NCBI GenBank assembly: GCA_963745035.1
Contig: CAVUVW010000013.1
Location: 1,792,001 to 1,856,000, forward strand
Length of the DNA: 64,000 nucleotides
Direction of reading: 5' to 3'
Origin: an uncultured delta proteobacterium
Lineage (GTDB): Bacteria; Desulfobacterota; Binatia; UBA9968
Translations under genes and position numbers: made by a program
Shown here: piece after piece, positions 18,771-30,860 of the stretch
Numbering within the stretch: position 1 is the first letter of the stretch
How the letters are laid out: each line of letters begins with the position of its first letter
The notes under the pieces: model-generated
Databases searched by the model: none
What the model was told of the DNA's origin: nothing
The model's input: the letters and a program-made list of their open reading frames with translations, nothing else

Positions 18771-18848
18771 TTTTCACTCCCTGGGGAAATGTGGACCAGG
18801 CCGCCCGCCCGAATTGCATTTCCCTTGTTTGAATCGAAATCCCCGCCG

Positions 18849-18962
18849 TCAACCTTGGCGCTGTTTGTGCTTAGTGTTCTCGCACAATACGCGCACCACG
18901 CCCTTGCGGCGAATGATCTTACACTTGCTGCAAATCTTTTTTACCGATGCTCGAACCTTCAC
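18849..18962 (-). CDS. rpmJ: 50S ribosomal protein L36 (not in ORF track)
   Basis: GTG start; [37 protein letters not shown] translated by hand. Confidence 0.96.
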   Translation of the reverse strand: MKVRASVKKICSKCKIIRRKGVVRVLCENTKHKQRQG

Positions 18963-18977
18963 GTCAGCTCCCTGATC

Positions 18978-19196
18978 CTAACGCTCGCGAAACACGATGC
19001 GTCCCCGCGCCAAATCGTAGGGAGACAGCTCGATTTTCACCTTATCGCCGGGGAGAATTTTGATGTAGTGCATGCGCATCTTGCCGGAAATATGAGCCAG
19101 CACGTTATGGCCGTTTTCCAGCTTGACCCTGAACATCGCGTTGGGCAGGGTCTCCAGGACCGTGCCCATGACCTCGATAGCGTCTTCTTTTGGCAT
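18978..19196 (-). CDS. infA: Translation initiation factor IF-1
   Basis: [20 protein letters not shown]. Confidence 0.98.
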   Translation of the reverse strand: MPKEDAIEVMGTVLETLPNAMFRVKLENGHNVLAHISGKMRMHYIKILPGDKVKIELSPYDLARGRIVFRER

Positions 19197-19226
19197 AAGA
19201 AGCCTGTTTGGCGCGATTCTCCTCCG

Positions 19227-19985
19227 TTAAATTTGACTGAGAATATAGGGCCCGTCTTTGGTGATTGCGACCGAATGCTCGAAGTGGGCGGCCAAGCTAC
19301 CATCTTTCGTTACCGCCGTCCAACCGTCTTCCTTGATTTCGACCTCGTGGCCGCCGATGTTGACCATCGGTTCGATCGCCAGAACCATTCCTTCCTTCAG
19401 GCGCAGCCCGCGCTCCGGTTCGCCGTAGTTTGGCACCGGCGGCTCTTCGTGCAAGCGCTTGCCGATGCCATGCCCGACAAAGGCCCGAACCACCGAGAAA
19501 CCGGCACTCTCGGCGACCTTTTGCACCGCGGCGCCCAAGTCGCCGAGCCGCTTGCCCTCATGGAGCTGCTCGATCCCGGTGTAGAGCGATCGTTCGGTCA
19601 CGTCCATCAGCCGCTGCGCCTCCTCGGCCACCTTGCCGACCCCGACGGTCAGCGCCGAATCCCCGTAAAATCCCTCGTAGATCACGCCGTAGTCGAGACC
19701 GATAATGTCGCCTTCGCGCAGCGCCCGATGCGACGGAATGCCATGAACGATCTCCTCGTTGATCGACGCGCACAGGCAGCACGGATAAACCCGCCCGGCA
19801 ACGCTGTATCCTTTGAAGGCGGGAATCGCGTTTCTCTTGAGCGTCATCTCCTCGGCGAGTGCATCCAGGTCGAGAGTGGTCACTCCGGGAGCGACGCGCC
19901 GCTTCAACTCCTGCAGGACCTCCGCAACGATCACGTTGGCCCGCCTCATGATCTCGATTTCCCGGGGCGACTTGAGCGCTATCAC
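19227..19985 (-). CDS. map: Methionine aminopeptidase type I
   Basis: VHGIP, GHGIG, AIEPM, AHFEH. Confidence 0.97.
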   Translation of the reverse strand: MIALKSPREIEIMRRANVIVAEVLQELKRRVAPGVTTLDLDALAEEMTLKRNAIPAFKGYSVAGRVYPCCLCASINEEIVHGIPSHRALREGDIIGLDYGVIYEGFYGDSALTVGVGKVAEEAQRLMDVTERSLYTGIEQLHEGKRLGDLGAAVQKVAESAGFSVVRAFVGHGIGKRLHEEPPVPNYGEPERGLRLKEGMVLAIEPMVNIGGHEVEIKEDGWTAVTKDGSLAAHFEHSVAITKDGPYILSQI

Positions 19986-20647
19986 GCAACCACATCTCCC
20001 AGCGCTTCCATCACCCGCGCGCGGATCTCATCGACCGCCCCCACCCCGTCGATCTCCCGCAGCAAATTGCGCCCGCGGTAATAGTCGACCAGCGGCGCGG
20101 TCTGCTGCTCGTAGACTTTCAAGCGATGGGCGACGGTCTCCTCCTGGTCGTCCTGGCGCTGGTAGAGCTCGCCGCCGCAGCGATCACAGACGCCTTCTTT
20201 CTTGGGCGGGCTGAACACCACGTGCGCCAAGGCGCCGCAATTCTTGCAGCTGCGCCGTCCCGCCAGCCGCTCGATAATCACCGAGCGCGGCACCTGCACC
20301 GACAAAGCTCGGTTGAGGCTGAGCCGCATGTCGCGCAGCATCGTATCGAGGCTCTCGGCCTGGGGAATCGTCCGGGGAAACCCGTCCAGGATGAACCCCT
20401 TTTCGCAGTCTTTCTCTTTCAGCCGCTCGGCAACCAACCCGACGATCACGTCGTCGGGGACCAAAGCGCCGCGGTCGATGTACTGCTTCGCGACCGTGCC
20501 CAACGGCGTCTGCTCTGCCACTGCCTTGCGCAGAATATCGCCGGTCGAGATCTGACACGCCGAAAACTTTTCCTGAAGCAGCTTGGCTTGGGTGCCCTTG
20601 CCCGCCCCCGGCGGCCCCAGCAGTACGACGCGTGCGCCCGCGGCCAT
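19982..20647 (-). CDS. adk: Adenylate kinase (Zn-lid type)
   Basis: GPPGAGKGTQA, LDGFPRT, CKNC...CDRC; start at MAAGARV inside the long ORF. Confidence 0.97.
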   Translation of the reverse strand: MAAGARVVLLGPPGAGKGTQAKLLQEKFSACQISTGDILRKAVAEQTPLGTVAKQYIDRGALVPDDVIVGLVAERLKEKDCEKGFILDGFPRTIPQAESLDTMLRDMRLSLNRALSVQVPRSVIIERLAGRRSCKNCGALAHVVFSPPKKEGVCDRCGGELYQRQDDQEETVAHRLKVYEQQTAPLVDYYRGRNLLREIDGVGAVDEIRARVMEALGDVVA

Positions 20648-20649
20648 CT

Positions 20650-21952
<1,303 letters not shown>

Positions 21953-21960
<8 letters not shown>

Positions 21961-22405
21961 GGAGCGCGATCAACTCCGCTTTGCCGCCCGCAGCCTCGAT
22001 CTTTTCCTTGGCCTTGGCGGAAAATCCGTGCGCCTTGACGGTGACGGCTTTTGACAACGACCCGTCGCCGAGCACCTTGATGCGCCGGTTCTTGCCGCTC
22101 ACGTAGCCATGCGACAAGAGGATTTCAGGCGTGATTTCCCCCTCCGCCGGCAAGAGCTCGATCTGGCTCAAATTGACCACCGCCATCTCGATCCGAAACG
22201 GATTGTGAAAACCGCGCTTGGGCAGGCGCCGCTGCAGCGGCATCTGCCCGCCCTCGAATCCCGGCTTGGTATTGCCGCCCGAGCGCGATCCCTGGCCCTT
22301 GTGGCCGCGGCCCGAGGTCTTTCCATGGCCCGAGCCGTCGCCCCGCCCGACGCGCTTTCTTTTCTTATTGGAGCCCGCCGCCGGTTTCAGATCATCGAGT
22401 TTCAT
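21953..22405 (-). CDS. rplO: 50S ribosomal protein L15
   Basis: [19 protein letters not shown]. Confidence 0.97.
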
Positions 22406-22407
22406 GA

Positions 22408-22911
22408 TCAACGAATCTCCGCCAATACTTTGCCGCGCCGATCGGCGATCTCTTCGGGAGCGCGCAAATCGCGCAGCGCCTCGATCGTCGCTTTGACCAT
22501 GTTGTGCGGGTTGTTGGAGCCGATGCACTTGGTCAGGACGTTCTGAATGCCCGAGGCTTCCACCACGGCGCGAACGCCGCCGCCGGCGATCACCCCGGTG
22601 CCATCGGAAGCGGGTTTGAGAATGACGTACCCAGCGCCATAATGGCCGATAACTTCGAAAGGAATCGTCCCGTCCATCACCGGCACGCGGATCAAACTTT
22701 TTTTCGCCTGCTCCAGTCCCTTGCGAATCGCTTCCGGAACTTCCTTCGCCTTGCCCATGCCGTAGCCGACCAGCGAGCGGCTGTCGCCCACCACTACCAG
22801 GGCGCTGAAGCTGAACCGCCGGCCGCCCTTCACCACTTTGGCCACCCGGCTGATGTGCACCACTTTTTCCTTGAGCTCTAAGCCCTGGGGATCAATCCGT
22901 TCCAAAGGCAC
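22408..22911 (-). CDS. rpsE: 30S ribosomal protein S5
   Basis: [11 protein letters not shown]. Confidence 0.98.
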   Translation of the reverse strand: MPLERIDPQGLELKEKVVHISRVAKVVKGGRRFSFSALVVVGDSRSLVGYGMGKAKEVPEAIRKGLEQAKKSLIRVPVMDGTIPFEVIGHYGAGYVILKPASDGTGVIAGGGVRAVVEASGIQNVLTKCIGSNNPHNMVKATIEALRDLRAPEEIADRRGKVLAEIR

Positions 22912-22927
22912 CTCGCATTACTGTAGA

Positions 22928-23284
22928 TCAAAACTTTAGTCCGCCTTCGCGCGCGCCTTCGGCGACCGCCTTCACGCGCCCGTGGTAGAGAAACCCATTG
23001 CGGTCAAAAACCACTTCGGTGATATTTTTTTCCTTGCATATTTTCGCCAGCGTGAGACCGACGAGCTTCGCCGCCTCGACGCCCTTGTTTTTCTTGTCGT
23101 CGCCGGACGCGAGCGTGGATGCCGCCGCGAGCGTCTTTCCCTGATCGTCCGAGATCACCTGCGCGTAGATATGCTTGCTGCTGCGGAATACGCAGATACG
23201 CGGGCGACCGTCGGTTCCCGTGATTCTTTTTCTCACCCGCGCTTGTCGGCGGTGCCGCGCGCTATCTTCCCGCTTATTCGCCAT
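22928..23284 (-). CDS. rplR: 50S ribosomal protein L18
   Basis: [12 protein letters not shown]. Confidence 0.98.
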   Translation of the reverse strand: MANKREDSARHRRQARVRKRITGTDGRPRICVFRSSKHIYAQVISDDQGKTLAAASTLASGDDKKNKGVEAAKLVGLTLAKICKEKNITEVVFDRNGFLYHGRVKAVAEGAREGGLKF

Positions 23285-23301
23285 CTCTATCCTCAGAATC
23301 G

Positions 23302-23853
23302 CTATTTTCCGCCCGCCGAGCCTACCGCCTTGCCGGCTTTGCGCTTGATCACTTCCTCGCGATATTTGATCCCCTTGCCTTTGTACGGCTCCGGCGGTCG
23401 AAGCGAGCGGAGCTTCGCCGCAGTCTCACCGAGAACCTGGCGATCAGCACCACTCAGCGTAACGATCACCTGGCGTTCCACTGCCGCTGAGATACCGGAC
23501 GGCAGCGGGAAAACCACCGGATGCGAGAAGCCCAGAGTAATGTGGATTTCCTGTCCTTTGATTTCGGCACGGTAACCGACTCCGTTGATGTCCAGTATCC
23601 GAGTAAAGCCCTGACTTACCCCCTGGGTCATGTTGGCGATTAGCTTGCGCGTGAGGCCGTGTAAGGCTCGAACCTTACGATCCTCCGCTTGGCGCTCGAC
23701 CCGAAGCACATTGCCTTCAACTTTTACCTCGACCCCCGCGGGAAGCGCGGCTTGCAGCTTCCCCTTGGGTCCCTCCAAGTGCACGGCGCTTGCCTCGACG
23801 GCGACTTTGACGCCTGCGGGAATGGCTACAGGTAATTTTCCGATACGCGACAC
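23302..23853 (-). CDS. rplF: 50S ribosomal protein L6
   Basis: [15 protein letters not shown]. Confidence 0.98.
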   Translation of the reverse strand: MSRIGKLPVAIPAGVKVAVEASAVHLEGPKGKLQAALPAGVEVKVEGNVLRVERQAEDRKVRALHGLTRKLIANMTQGVSQGFTRILDINGVGYRAEIKGQEIHITLGFSHPVVFPLPSGISAAVERQVIVTLSGADRQVLGETAAKLRSLRPPEPYKGKGIKYREEVIKRKAGKAVGSAGGK

Positions 23854-23871
23854 GTTACACCTCGACTGAGC

Positions 23872-24276
23872 CTACCACACGGTGCAAATAAGTTCGCCGC
23901 CGACGTTGGCTCTTTGCGCCGCGCGGTCGACCAGGATCCCCTTCGGCGTCGACAAGACATGAATCCCCAGCCCTTTGCGAATCGGTATCAAGTTGCTGGC
24001 GCCGACATAAACCCTGCGACCGGGCGTGCTGACGCGCTTCATTCCGGTAATGATCGGCCGGTTCTCCCGGTCAAACTTGAGCTGCACGATGATCTCATCG
24101 CCGCCGCCGACCGCGGCCTTGACCTTCTTTTGGTCTTTCAAATATCCTTCGTCGATCAAAATCTTGAGGATGTTTTCCTTGAGACGCGACCACGGCATCG
24201 CCACTCTCTGGTGGCGCGCGCGGGAGGCGTTGCGAATCCGCGTCAACATGTCCGCAACTGGATCGGTCATTGCCAT
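23872..24276 (-). CDS. rpsH: 30S ribosomal protein S8
   Basis: DPVADMLTRIRNA. Confidence 0.98.
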   Translation of the reverse strand: MAMTDPVADMLTRIRNASRARHQRVAMPWSRLKENILKILIDEGYLKDQKKVKAAVGGGDEIIVQLKFDRENRPIITGMKRVSTPGRRVYVGASNLIPIRKGLGIHVLSTPKGILVDRAAQRANVGGELICTVW

Positions 24277-24292
24277 GATTGGTTCTCCGTCG

Positions 24293-24478
24293 TTACCAGC
24301 TCGCCTTGATCAGTCCCGGAATATGCCCCTTGCGCGCGTGATCGCGCAGACACAGCCGGCACATGCGAAAGCGCCGGTAAAACGCCCGCGAACGCCCGCA
24401 CAACGGGCAGCGATTGTATTCGCGGACTTTAAACTTGTTCGGCATTTCCGCCTTGATGCGCAGACACTTCTTCGCCAA
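24293..24478 (-). CDS. rpsN: 30S ribosomal protein S14, type Z
   Basis: 61 aa, CPLCGR...CRLC. Confidence 0.97.
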   Translation of the reverse strand: MAKKCLRIKAEMPNKFKVREYNRCPLCGRSRAFYRRFRMCRLCLRDHARKGHIPGLIKASW

Positions 24479-24495
24479 TGGAATTCCCCCCTGGT

Positions 24496-25035
24496 CTAAC
24501 TTGAGAACGGCATGCCCATCAAGCGCAGCAGCGCCAATCCCTCCGGATCGGTTTTCGCCGTCGTCGTAATCGTGATCGTCATGCCGCGCGCCTTTTCGAC
24601 CCGGTCCGCGTGAATCTCCGGAAAAATAATCTGCTCGCGCAGGCCCAGGGAATAGTTGCCCCGCCCGTCGAAGGACCGATTGGAGATGCCCTTGAAATCG
24701 CGCACCCGCGGCAGCGCCACGTGAATCAACCGGTCGAGAAATTCATACATGCGCGCGCGCCGCAAGGTGACCATGCAGCCGATCGGCACGCCTTCGCGCA
24801 GCTTGAAATTGGCGATCGCTTTTTTCGCGCGGGTGACCACCGGCTTTTGGCCGGTGATGGCGGTGATTTCCGCCACCGTCGCATCGATCGCTTTGGCGTT
24901 CTGGGTCGCCTCGCCAACGCCGACATTGACGGTGATTTTATCGAGCCGCGGCACCTGCATGGAGTTCCGGTAGCCGAACTCCTTCATCATCGCCGGGACG
25001 ACATCGTTCTGATATTTGCTTTTCAAGCGTGCCAT
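24496..25035 (-). CDS. rplE: 50S ribosomal protein L5
   Basis: [15 protein letters not shown]. Confidence 0.98.
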   Translation of the reverse strand: MARLKSKYQNDVVPAMMKEFGYRNSMQVPRLDKITVNVGVGEATQNAKAIDATVAEITAITGQKPVVTRAKKAIANFKLREGVPIGCMVTLRRARMYEFLDRLIHVALPRVRDFKGISNRSFDGRGNYSLGLREQIIFPEIHADRVEKARGMTITITTTAKTDPEGLALLRLMGMPFSS

Positions 25036-25043
25036 GGTCGCCA

Positions 25044-25361
25044 CTAGTCCAAAGCTTCCTTGCAACTGCGGCAGATGCGGATCTTCTTGCCATCGGCAAG
25101 AATCTTGTGCCCGATGCGCGCCGGCGCGCTGCACTTCTCGCACATCATCATAATATTGGAGGCGTGGATCGGCGCTTCTTTTTCCACGATGCCGCCCGTC
25201 TGCTGCGGGCCGCGCGGCTTGGTATGCCGCTTGACGATGTTCAGTCTTTCGATGATGACCGCGTCCTTTTCCTTAAGCACGCGCAAGACCTTGCCGGTCT
25301 TGCCGCGCTCCTTGCCGGCGATCACCATCACGCTGTCGTTTTTGCGAATCTGCACGAACAC
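25044..25361 (-). CDS. rplX: 50S ribosomal protein L24
   Basis: [19 protein letters not shown]. Confidence 0.97.
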   Translation of the reverse strand: MFVQIRKNDSVMVIAGKERGKTGKVLRVLKEKDAVIIERLNIVKRHTKPRGPQQTGGIVEKEAPIHASNIMMMCEKCSAPARIGHKILADGKKIRICRSCKEALD

Positions 25362-25375
25362 CCTCTCGATCCGAG

Positions 25376-25744
25376 CTACAGCACTTCCGGCGCGAGCGAA
25401 ATGATCTTCATGAACTTTTTCGCCCGCAGCTCGCGCGCCACCGGACCGAAAATACGCGTCCCGATCGGCTCTTTTTGATTGTCGATCAAGACCGCCGAAT
25501 TGTTATCGAAGCGAATATAGGTGCCGTCCGGCCGGCCGAGCTCCTTGGCCGTGCGCACCACCACCGCCTTCATGACGTCGCCCTTCTTGACCTTGGCGTT
25601 GGGGATCGCCTCTTTGACCGAGACCACGATGATATCGCCGATCGAGGCGTATTTGCGCTTGCTGCCGCCCAAAACTTTGATGCATTGCACCCGGCGCGCG
25701 CCGGAATTGTCGGCCACATCCAAAGTTGTTCGCATCTGGATCAT
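25376..25744 (-). CDS. rplN: 50S ribosomal protein L14
   Basis: [15 protein letters not shown]. Confidence 0.98.
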   Translation of the reverse strand: MIQMRTTLDVADNSGARRVQCIKVLGGSKRKYASIGDIIVVSVKEAIPNAKVKKGDVMKAVVVRTAKELGRPDGTYIRFDNNSAVLIDNQKEPIGTRIFGPVARELRAKKFMKIISLAPEVL

Positions 25745-25777
25745 GAAATCACCTCAAGCGCGCCGCCCAGCGCCCAT

Positions 25778-26068
25778 TCAGGCGCCGGCGTTTTGCGTGT
25801 CTCCCTCGACCGTCTCGGCCCGCTCGAGAACCTTGCTCACGCGCCAGCGCTTGTCGCGGCTGAGCGGCCGGCATTCGACGATCAGCACGCGATCGCCGAC
25901 ATGGCACTGGCCGCGCTCGTCATGCGCCTTCACTCGGGTGCGCCGCCGCAAAATCTTTTTGTATTTGGGATGCAACACGGTCCGCTCGACCGAAACCACC
26001 ACGGTTTTTTGCATGCGGTCGCTCAGCACCACACCGGCGCGCTCCTTTTGTAATCCTCGGCTCTCCAT
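25778..26068 (-). CDS. rpsQ: 30S ribosomal protein S17
   Basis: [21 protein letters not shown]. Confidence 0.97.
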   Translation of the reverse strand: MESRGLQKERAGVVLSDRMQKTVVVSVERTVLHPKYKKILRRRTRVKAHDERGQCHVGDRVLIVECRPLSRDKRWRVSKVLERAETVEGDTQNAGA

Positions 26069-26070
26069 GC

Positions 26071-26271
26071 TCAGCCTTTCCTACCCTGAGATCGCTCGCG
26101 CAGGATCGTTTCCACCCGCGCCAAATCGCGCTTGGTCTCCCGCAGCTTCATCGGATTTTCCAGGCGGCTGGTGGCGCGCTGGAGCTTCAAATGACCGATC
26201 TCTTCACGCAGCGACGCGCGCTTCTGGGTCAGATCGTCGGCGCTCATCTCGCGCAGCTCTTTAGCTTCCAT
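26071..26271 (-). CDS. rpmC: 50S ribosomal protein L29
   Basis: Position in the operon and LENP...DLARVET. Confidence 0.95.
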   Translation of the reverse strand: MEAKELREMSADDLTQKRASLREEIGHLKLQRATSRLENPMKLRETKRDLARVETILRERSQGRKG

Positions 26272-26686
26272 GCGCCCGCCCTCTGCGTTCCACGGTCACT
26301 GTCGGAATCGAAAGCTTATGCGCCGCCAGACGAAACGCCTCTTTGGCGAGCGGCCCCTCGACGCCTTCCATCTCGAAGAGAATGCGCCCCGGCTGGATCA
26401 CCGCCACCCACATTTCCGGCGCTCCCTTGCCCTTTCCCATGCGGGTTTCGAGCGGCTTCTTGGTCAGCGGCTTGTCCGGGAAAATCCGAATCCAAACCTT
26501 GCCGCCGCGCTTCAAGTAGCGAGTCAGTGCGACGCGCGCCGCTTCGATCTCGCGCGCGCTCATCCAGCCGCGGCCGACCGCCTTGAGACCGTAGTCGCCA
26601 AAGGCGAGGGTGGAGCCGCGCTACGCCGTGCCGCGCCGCCGGCCTTTTTGTAGCTTCCGATATTTGACTTTTTTTGGTTCGAGCAT
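26261..26686 (-). CDS. rplP: 50S ribosomal protein L16 with an in-frame TAG at codon 22 (26621-26623)
   Basis: [35 protein letters not shown]...RMGKGKG, all in one frame. Confidence 0.95.
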
Positions 26687-26719
26687 GGGTCTTTCAGTCT
26701 GCCGTCAATCCGGCGTCGA

Positions 26720-27382
26720 TCAGCCGCCGAGCATCGCTTTCTGCTGCTCTTCTTCGGCGGTCAAAACCTCGCCGCGAAAAATCCAAACCTTCACCCCGAT
26801 GATGCCGTAAGTCGTGCGCGCCTCGGCAAAGCCGTAGCTGATGTCGGCGCGCAAGGTGTGCAGCGGCACGCGTCCCTCGCGGTACCATTCCGTGCGGGCG
26901 ATTTCCGAGCCGCCCAGGCGGCCGGCCGACTGAATTCTCACGCCCTGCGCCCCCATGCGCATGGCGCGCGATACACTTTCCTTCATCGCCCGGCGAAACG
27001 CCACCCGGCGCTCGAGCTGCAGCGCGACATTTTCCGCGGCGAGCTGGCCGTCGAGATCCGGCCGCCTCACCTCGTGAATGTTGATGTAGGTTTCCCGTTT
27101 GGTGAGCTTGGTGATTTCCTCTTTGAGCTTTTCGATCTCTGCGCCCTTTTTGCCGATCACGATCCCGGGGCGCGCCGTGTAAATATTGATCTTCGCTTTG
27201 TTCGCCGCCCGCTCGATCTCGATGCGTGAGATGCCGGCGTGATAGAGCCGGCTCTTCAAAAACTTCGTGACGCGGAAATCTTCGTGCAGGAGCTTGGGAT
27301 AGTCATGCCGCGCGAACCATTTGGAGTCCCACGACTCGATCACTCCGAGACGAAACATCTTGGGATGCGTCTTTTGACCCAT
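26720..27382 (-). CDS. rpsC: 30S ribosomal protein S3
   Basis: [18 protein letters not shown]. Confidence 0.98.
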   Translation of the reverse strand: MGQKTHPKMFRLGVIESWDSKWFARHDYPKLLHEDFRVTKFLKSRLYHAGISRIEIERAANKAKINIYTARPGIVIGKKGAEIEKLKEEITKLTKRETYINIHEVRRPDLDGQLAAENVALQLERRVAFRRAMKESVSRAMRMGAQGVRIQSAGRLGGSEIARTEWYREGRVPLHTLRADISYGFAEARTTYGIIGVKVWIFRGEVLTAEEEQQKAMLGG

Positions 27383-27388
27383 CGGGCG

Positions 27389-27733
27389 TTAACTCCTCTC
27401 CTGCGCTTCGTCGAGCACGATGGTCACGTGGCTGAGCCGCTTGCGCACCCGGGTGGCGCGTCCCTGCGCGCGCGAGGTGAAGCGTTTCCACATGCCGCCT
27501 TCGTCGACCTTGGCTTGCTTGACGAACAAACGATCGACGTCGACGCTTTGGGTGTTCTCGGCGTTGGCCACCGCCGTGCGCACGGTCTTGGCGACGATTC
27601 CTGCGGAGCGCTTGGGAATGAACTTGAGAATATTCAAGGCCTCCTCCACGCCCTTGCCGCGAATCTGATCGACGACCAGCCTGACCTTTCGCGGCGATAC
27701 TCGAATGAATTTGGTGACCGCGCGTGTTTCCAT
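27389..27733 (-). CDS. rplV: 50S ribosomal protein L22
   Basis: SPRKVRLVVDQIRG. Confidence 0.98.
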   Translation of the reverse strand: METRAVTKFIRVSPRKVRLVVDQIRGKGVEEALNILKFIPKRSAGIVAKTVRTAVANAENTQSVDVDRLFVKQAKVDEGGMWKRFTSRAQGRATRVRKRLSHVTIVLDEAQERS

Positions 27734-27786
27734 AATCTCTGTCAACTCAGTTCAGTTCAGCTTCCCTCAATCCGCCGCGAACACCC

Positions 27787-28143
27787 TTAGGACTTCGGCG
27801 CCGGAGCGGCAGGCGCCGGGGCCGCCGCCGGGCGCGGCACAGCCCCGGGCGGGGCGCCGGTCGTTTCCTTGGCTTCGGCCTTGCGGTCGCCCGAATGGGC
27901 GAAGAAAGTCCGGGTCGGCGAAAATTCGCCGAGCTTGTGCCCGACCATATTTTCGCTGATAAAAACCGGGATAAATTTCCTGCCGTTGTGCACGCCGATC
28001 GTATGCCCGACCATTTCCGGGGTCACGGTCGAGCGCCGCGACCAGGTGCGCACGACCTGTCGCTGTCGCGACTCGTTCATCGCGGCGACTTTTTTCACCA
28101 AGTGCTCGTCGACAAAGGGACCCTTCTTGACCGAACGCGCCAT
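27787..28143 (-). CDS. rpsS: 30S ribosomal protein S19 with Ala/Pro-rich tail
   Basis: [21 protein letters not shown]. Confidence 0.97.
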   Translation of the reverse strand: MARSVKKGPFVDEHLVKKVAAMNESRQRQVVRTWSRRSTVTPEMVGHTIGVHNGRKFIPVFISENMVGHKLGEFSPTRTFFAHSGDRKAEAKETTGAPPGAVPRPAAAPAPAAPAPKS

Positions 28144-28145
28144 GG

Positions 28146-28973
28146 CTATCTCCCTTTTCTCCGCTGCACGATATATTTGTCCGAGGCATGGTTTTTCCGG
28201 GTCTTGTAGCCTTTGGTCGGCTTGCCCCACGGGGTCATCGGATGATTGCCCTTCGATCGACCCTCGCCGCCGCCATGGGGATGGTCGACCGGATTTTTCG
28301 CGATGCCGCGCGTCGCCGGACGGAAACCCAACCAGCGCAAACGGCCGGCTTTCCCCCAGGAAATATTTTCCTGATCGGCATTGCCCACCTGTCCCACGGT
28401 CGCGCGGCACTCCGCCAAAACATAGCGCAATTCCCCCGAAGGAAGCTTCAAAAGCGCATAGGCGCCCTCTTTCGCCATAAGTTGCGCGCCCAGGCCGGCG
28501 CTGCGCACCAGTTGCCCGCCTTTGCCGATCTTGAGCTCGATATTATGCACGATGGTGCCGACCGGGGTGAATTTGAGCGGGAGGGAATTGCCCGGCTGGA
28601 TGTCCACGTTATCTTCGCCGGCGATCACCGTGGCGCCCACTTGTAGACGCTCGGGCGCTAGAATGTAGCGGCGCTCGCCGTCGGCGTAGCAGAGCAGCGC
28701 GATCCGCGCCGAGCGGTTCGGATCGTATTCGATCGCCTCCACGCGCGCCGGCACGTTGCGCTTGTTGCGCTTGAAATCGATGGCGCGATATAAACGCTTG
28801 TGCCCGCCGCCGCGATGATCGGCGGTGATCCGGCCGGTGTTGTTGCGCCCGCCGCTTCGATTGAGCCGCTCGCGCAGACCCTTCTCCGGCCGCGTTTTGG
28901 TCAGCTCGTCGAACCCGAGGCCGGTGCGAAAGCGCATGCCCGCCGAAGTCGGTCGATAGGTTTTAATTGCCAT
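28146..28973 (-). CDS. rplB: 50S ribosomal protein L2
   Basis: [17 protein letters not shown]. Confidence 0.98.
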   Translation of the reverse strand: MAIKTYRPTSAGMRFRTGLGFDELTKTRPEKGLRERLNRSGGRNNTGRITADHRGGGHKRLYRAIDFKRNKRNVPARVEAIEYDPNRSARIALLCYADGERRYILAPERLQVGATVIAGEDNVDIQPGNSLPLKFTPVGTIVHNIELKIGKGGQLVRSAGLGAQLMAKEGAYALLKLPSGELRYVLAECRATVGQVGNADQENISWGKAGRLRWLGFRPATRGIAKNPVDHPHGGGEGRSKGNHPMTPWGKPTKGYKTRKNHASDKYIVQRRKGR

Positions 28974-28998
28974 TGGCGATTCTCATCTCAAAAAACTT

Positions 28999-29290
28999 CT
29001 AGGCCCCGCCGAAAAAGTCGATCTTGTCGCCCTCTTTTAAGTGTCACGTAGGCCTTCTTCCAGTCCGAGCGCCGCCCCATGCTTCTGCCGATGCGGCGCA
29101 CCTTGCCGAGATAGCGCGCGATCCGCACGTGCTCGACCTTGACCTTGAACAGCGCTTCCACCGCCCGCTTCACTTCGATCTTGTTCGCGTCGGGACGCAC
29201 CTTGAACAACACCTGATTGGCGTTCTCGGTGAGAAGCGTTCCCTTCTCCGAGATCAACGGCGCTCGAATGACTTCATGGGGACTTTTCAT
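28999..29290 (-). CDS. rplW: 50S ribosomal protein L23; probable extra A near 29036
   Basis: WKKAYVTL; removing one A restores KEGDKIDFFGGA*. Confidence 0.93.
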
Positions 29291-29883
29291 GCCGCCAACC
29301 TTTCTTCCAGTCCCTGGAGCGCATCCTGGGTCAAAATCAGATGATCGTAGCGCAGCAGATCGTATACATTGACGCCTTCCACGCGCAGCACCTTGACTTT
29401 GGGCAGGTTGCGCGCCGAGCGCTCGATCTTCGCGTCGGACCGAGCGATCACGATGACGGCGCTTTCGACTTTCAACTCGCTCAGAGCCTTGACCATCAAC
29501 TTGGTTTTCGCCTCTTCAAGCTCAAACTTGTCCACGACGATGATCTTGCCTTCGCGGTTTTTCAGGCTAAGCGCCGAGAGCAGCGCCTCGCGCCGCGCCG
29601 TGCGCGGCAGCCGATAGGAATAGTCGCGCGGCTGGGGACCGAAGGTCGTGCCGCCGCCGACCCAGATCGGCGAGCGAATGCTGCCGGCACGCGCCCGGCC
29701 CGTGCCTTTTTGCCGCCACGGCTTTTTGCCGCCGCCGCTGACAAACCCTTTCGATTTCGTCGCCGCGCTGCCGGTGCGCCGGTTGGCGAGCTGCATGACC
29801 ACCGCTTGATGGAGCAGATGCCGGCGCGGCTTGGCACCGAATATCGTCTGATTGAGCTCCGGTTGAATGACGTGAACTTCCAT
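29287..29883 (-). CDS. rplD: 50S ribosomal protein L4
   Basis: KPWRQKGTGRAR. Confidence 0.97.
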   Translation of the reverse strand: MEVHVIQPELNQTIFGAKPRRHLLHQAVVMQLANRRTGSAATKSKGFVSGGGKKPWRQKGTGRARAGSIRSPIWVGGGTTFGPQPRDYSYRLPRTARREALLSALSLKNREGKIIVVDKFELEEAKTKLMVKALSELKVESAVIVIARSDAKIERSARNLPKVKVLRVEGVNVYDLLRYDHLILTQDALQGLEERLAA

Positions 29884-29890
29884 GGTGCCT

Positions 29891-30523
29891 CTACTTCTTG
29901 ACCGCCGGCCGCAAAATCACCACGCCGCGCTTGGCGCCCGGCACCGCGCCGTGTACCAGCAACAGATTTTCCTCAGCGCGAATCTCCACGACCTCGAGGT
30001 TCTGCGTCGAAACCCGCTCGTTGCCCCAATGGCCGGCCATCTTTTTTCCCTTGCGCACGCGCCCGGGATACGAACGATTGCCGATCGAGCCGCCGTGGCG
30101 GAAATATTCGTGGGTGCCGTGGGAGCCGGGAAAGCCGGCAAAGGCCCAGCGCTTGATGACGCCGGAAAAGCCATGCCCTTTGGAGATGCCCGACACGTCG
30201 ATCCGATCCCCGACTTTGAATAGATCGCCGGCCTTGATCTCTTGACCCACTTCATACTGCATCACGTCGGCGACGCGAAATTCCTTCAAGACTTCAAAGG
30301 CGCCCTTGCCGGCCTTGGCCATGTGCCCCTGCCCGGCCTTGTTCACGCGCTGCGCTTTCTTGCTGCCAAAGCCGACTTGGAGCGCATCGTAGCCGTCGTT
30401 GGCGGTCTGCTTTTTTTGCACCACCACGCAGGGGCCGGTCTCCACCACCGTCACCGGAATTAGGTTTCCTTCGGCATTGTAAAACTGCATCATGCCGATC
30501 TTTCTTCCTATGAGTCCCGTCAT
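29891..30523 (-). CDS. rplC: 50S ribosomal protein L3
   Basis: [14 protein letters not shown]. Confidence 0.97.
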   Translation of the reverse strand: MTGLIGRKIGMMQFYNAEGNLIPVTVVETGPCVVVQKKQTANDGYDALQVGFGSKKAQRVNKAGQGHMAKAGKGAFEVLKEFRVADVMQYEVGQEIKAGDLFKVGDRIDVSGISKGHGFSGVIKRWAFAGFPGSHGTHEYFRHGGSIGNRSYPGRVRKGKKMAGHWGNERVSTQNLEVVEIRAEENLLLVHGAVPGAKRGVVILRPAVKK

Positions 30524-30551
30524 GTTCGCTTTCCGATCGCGCGCGGCGCCG

Positions 30552-30860
30552 TCACTGCAGTTTGATCTCGACGTCGACCCCCGCCGCGATGTCGAGCTTG
30601 CCCAAAGCGTCGATGGTCTGCTGCGTCGGCTCGAGAATATCGAGCAGCCGCTTGTGGGTACGAATCTCGTACTGGTCACGCGACTTCTTATCCACGTGCG
30701 GCGAGCGGTTCACGGTGAATCTCTCGATTCGCGTGGGCAACGGAATCGGTCCCGCGACCCGGCCGCCGGTCCGCCGCACCGTCTCGACGATCTCCCCCAC
30801 CGACTGGTCGAGCACGCGGTGGTCATAAGCTTTTAGGCGAATCCTGATCTTTTCGTTCAT
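30552..30860 (-). CDS. rpsJ: 30S ribosomal protein S10
   Basis: [17 protein letters not shown]. Confidence 0.98.
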   Translation of the reverse strand: MNEKIRIRLKAYDHRVLDQSVGEIVETVRRTGGRVAGPIPLPTRIERFTVNRSPHVDKKSRDQYEIRTHKRLLDILEPTQQTIDALGKLDIAAGVDVEIKLQ

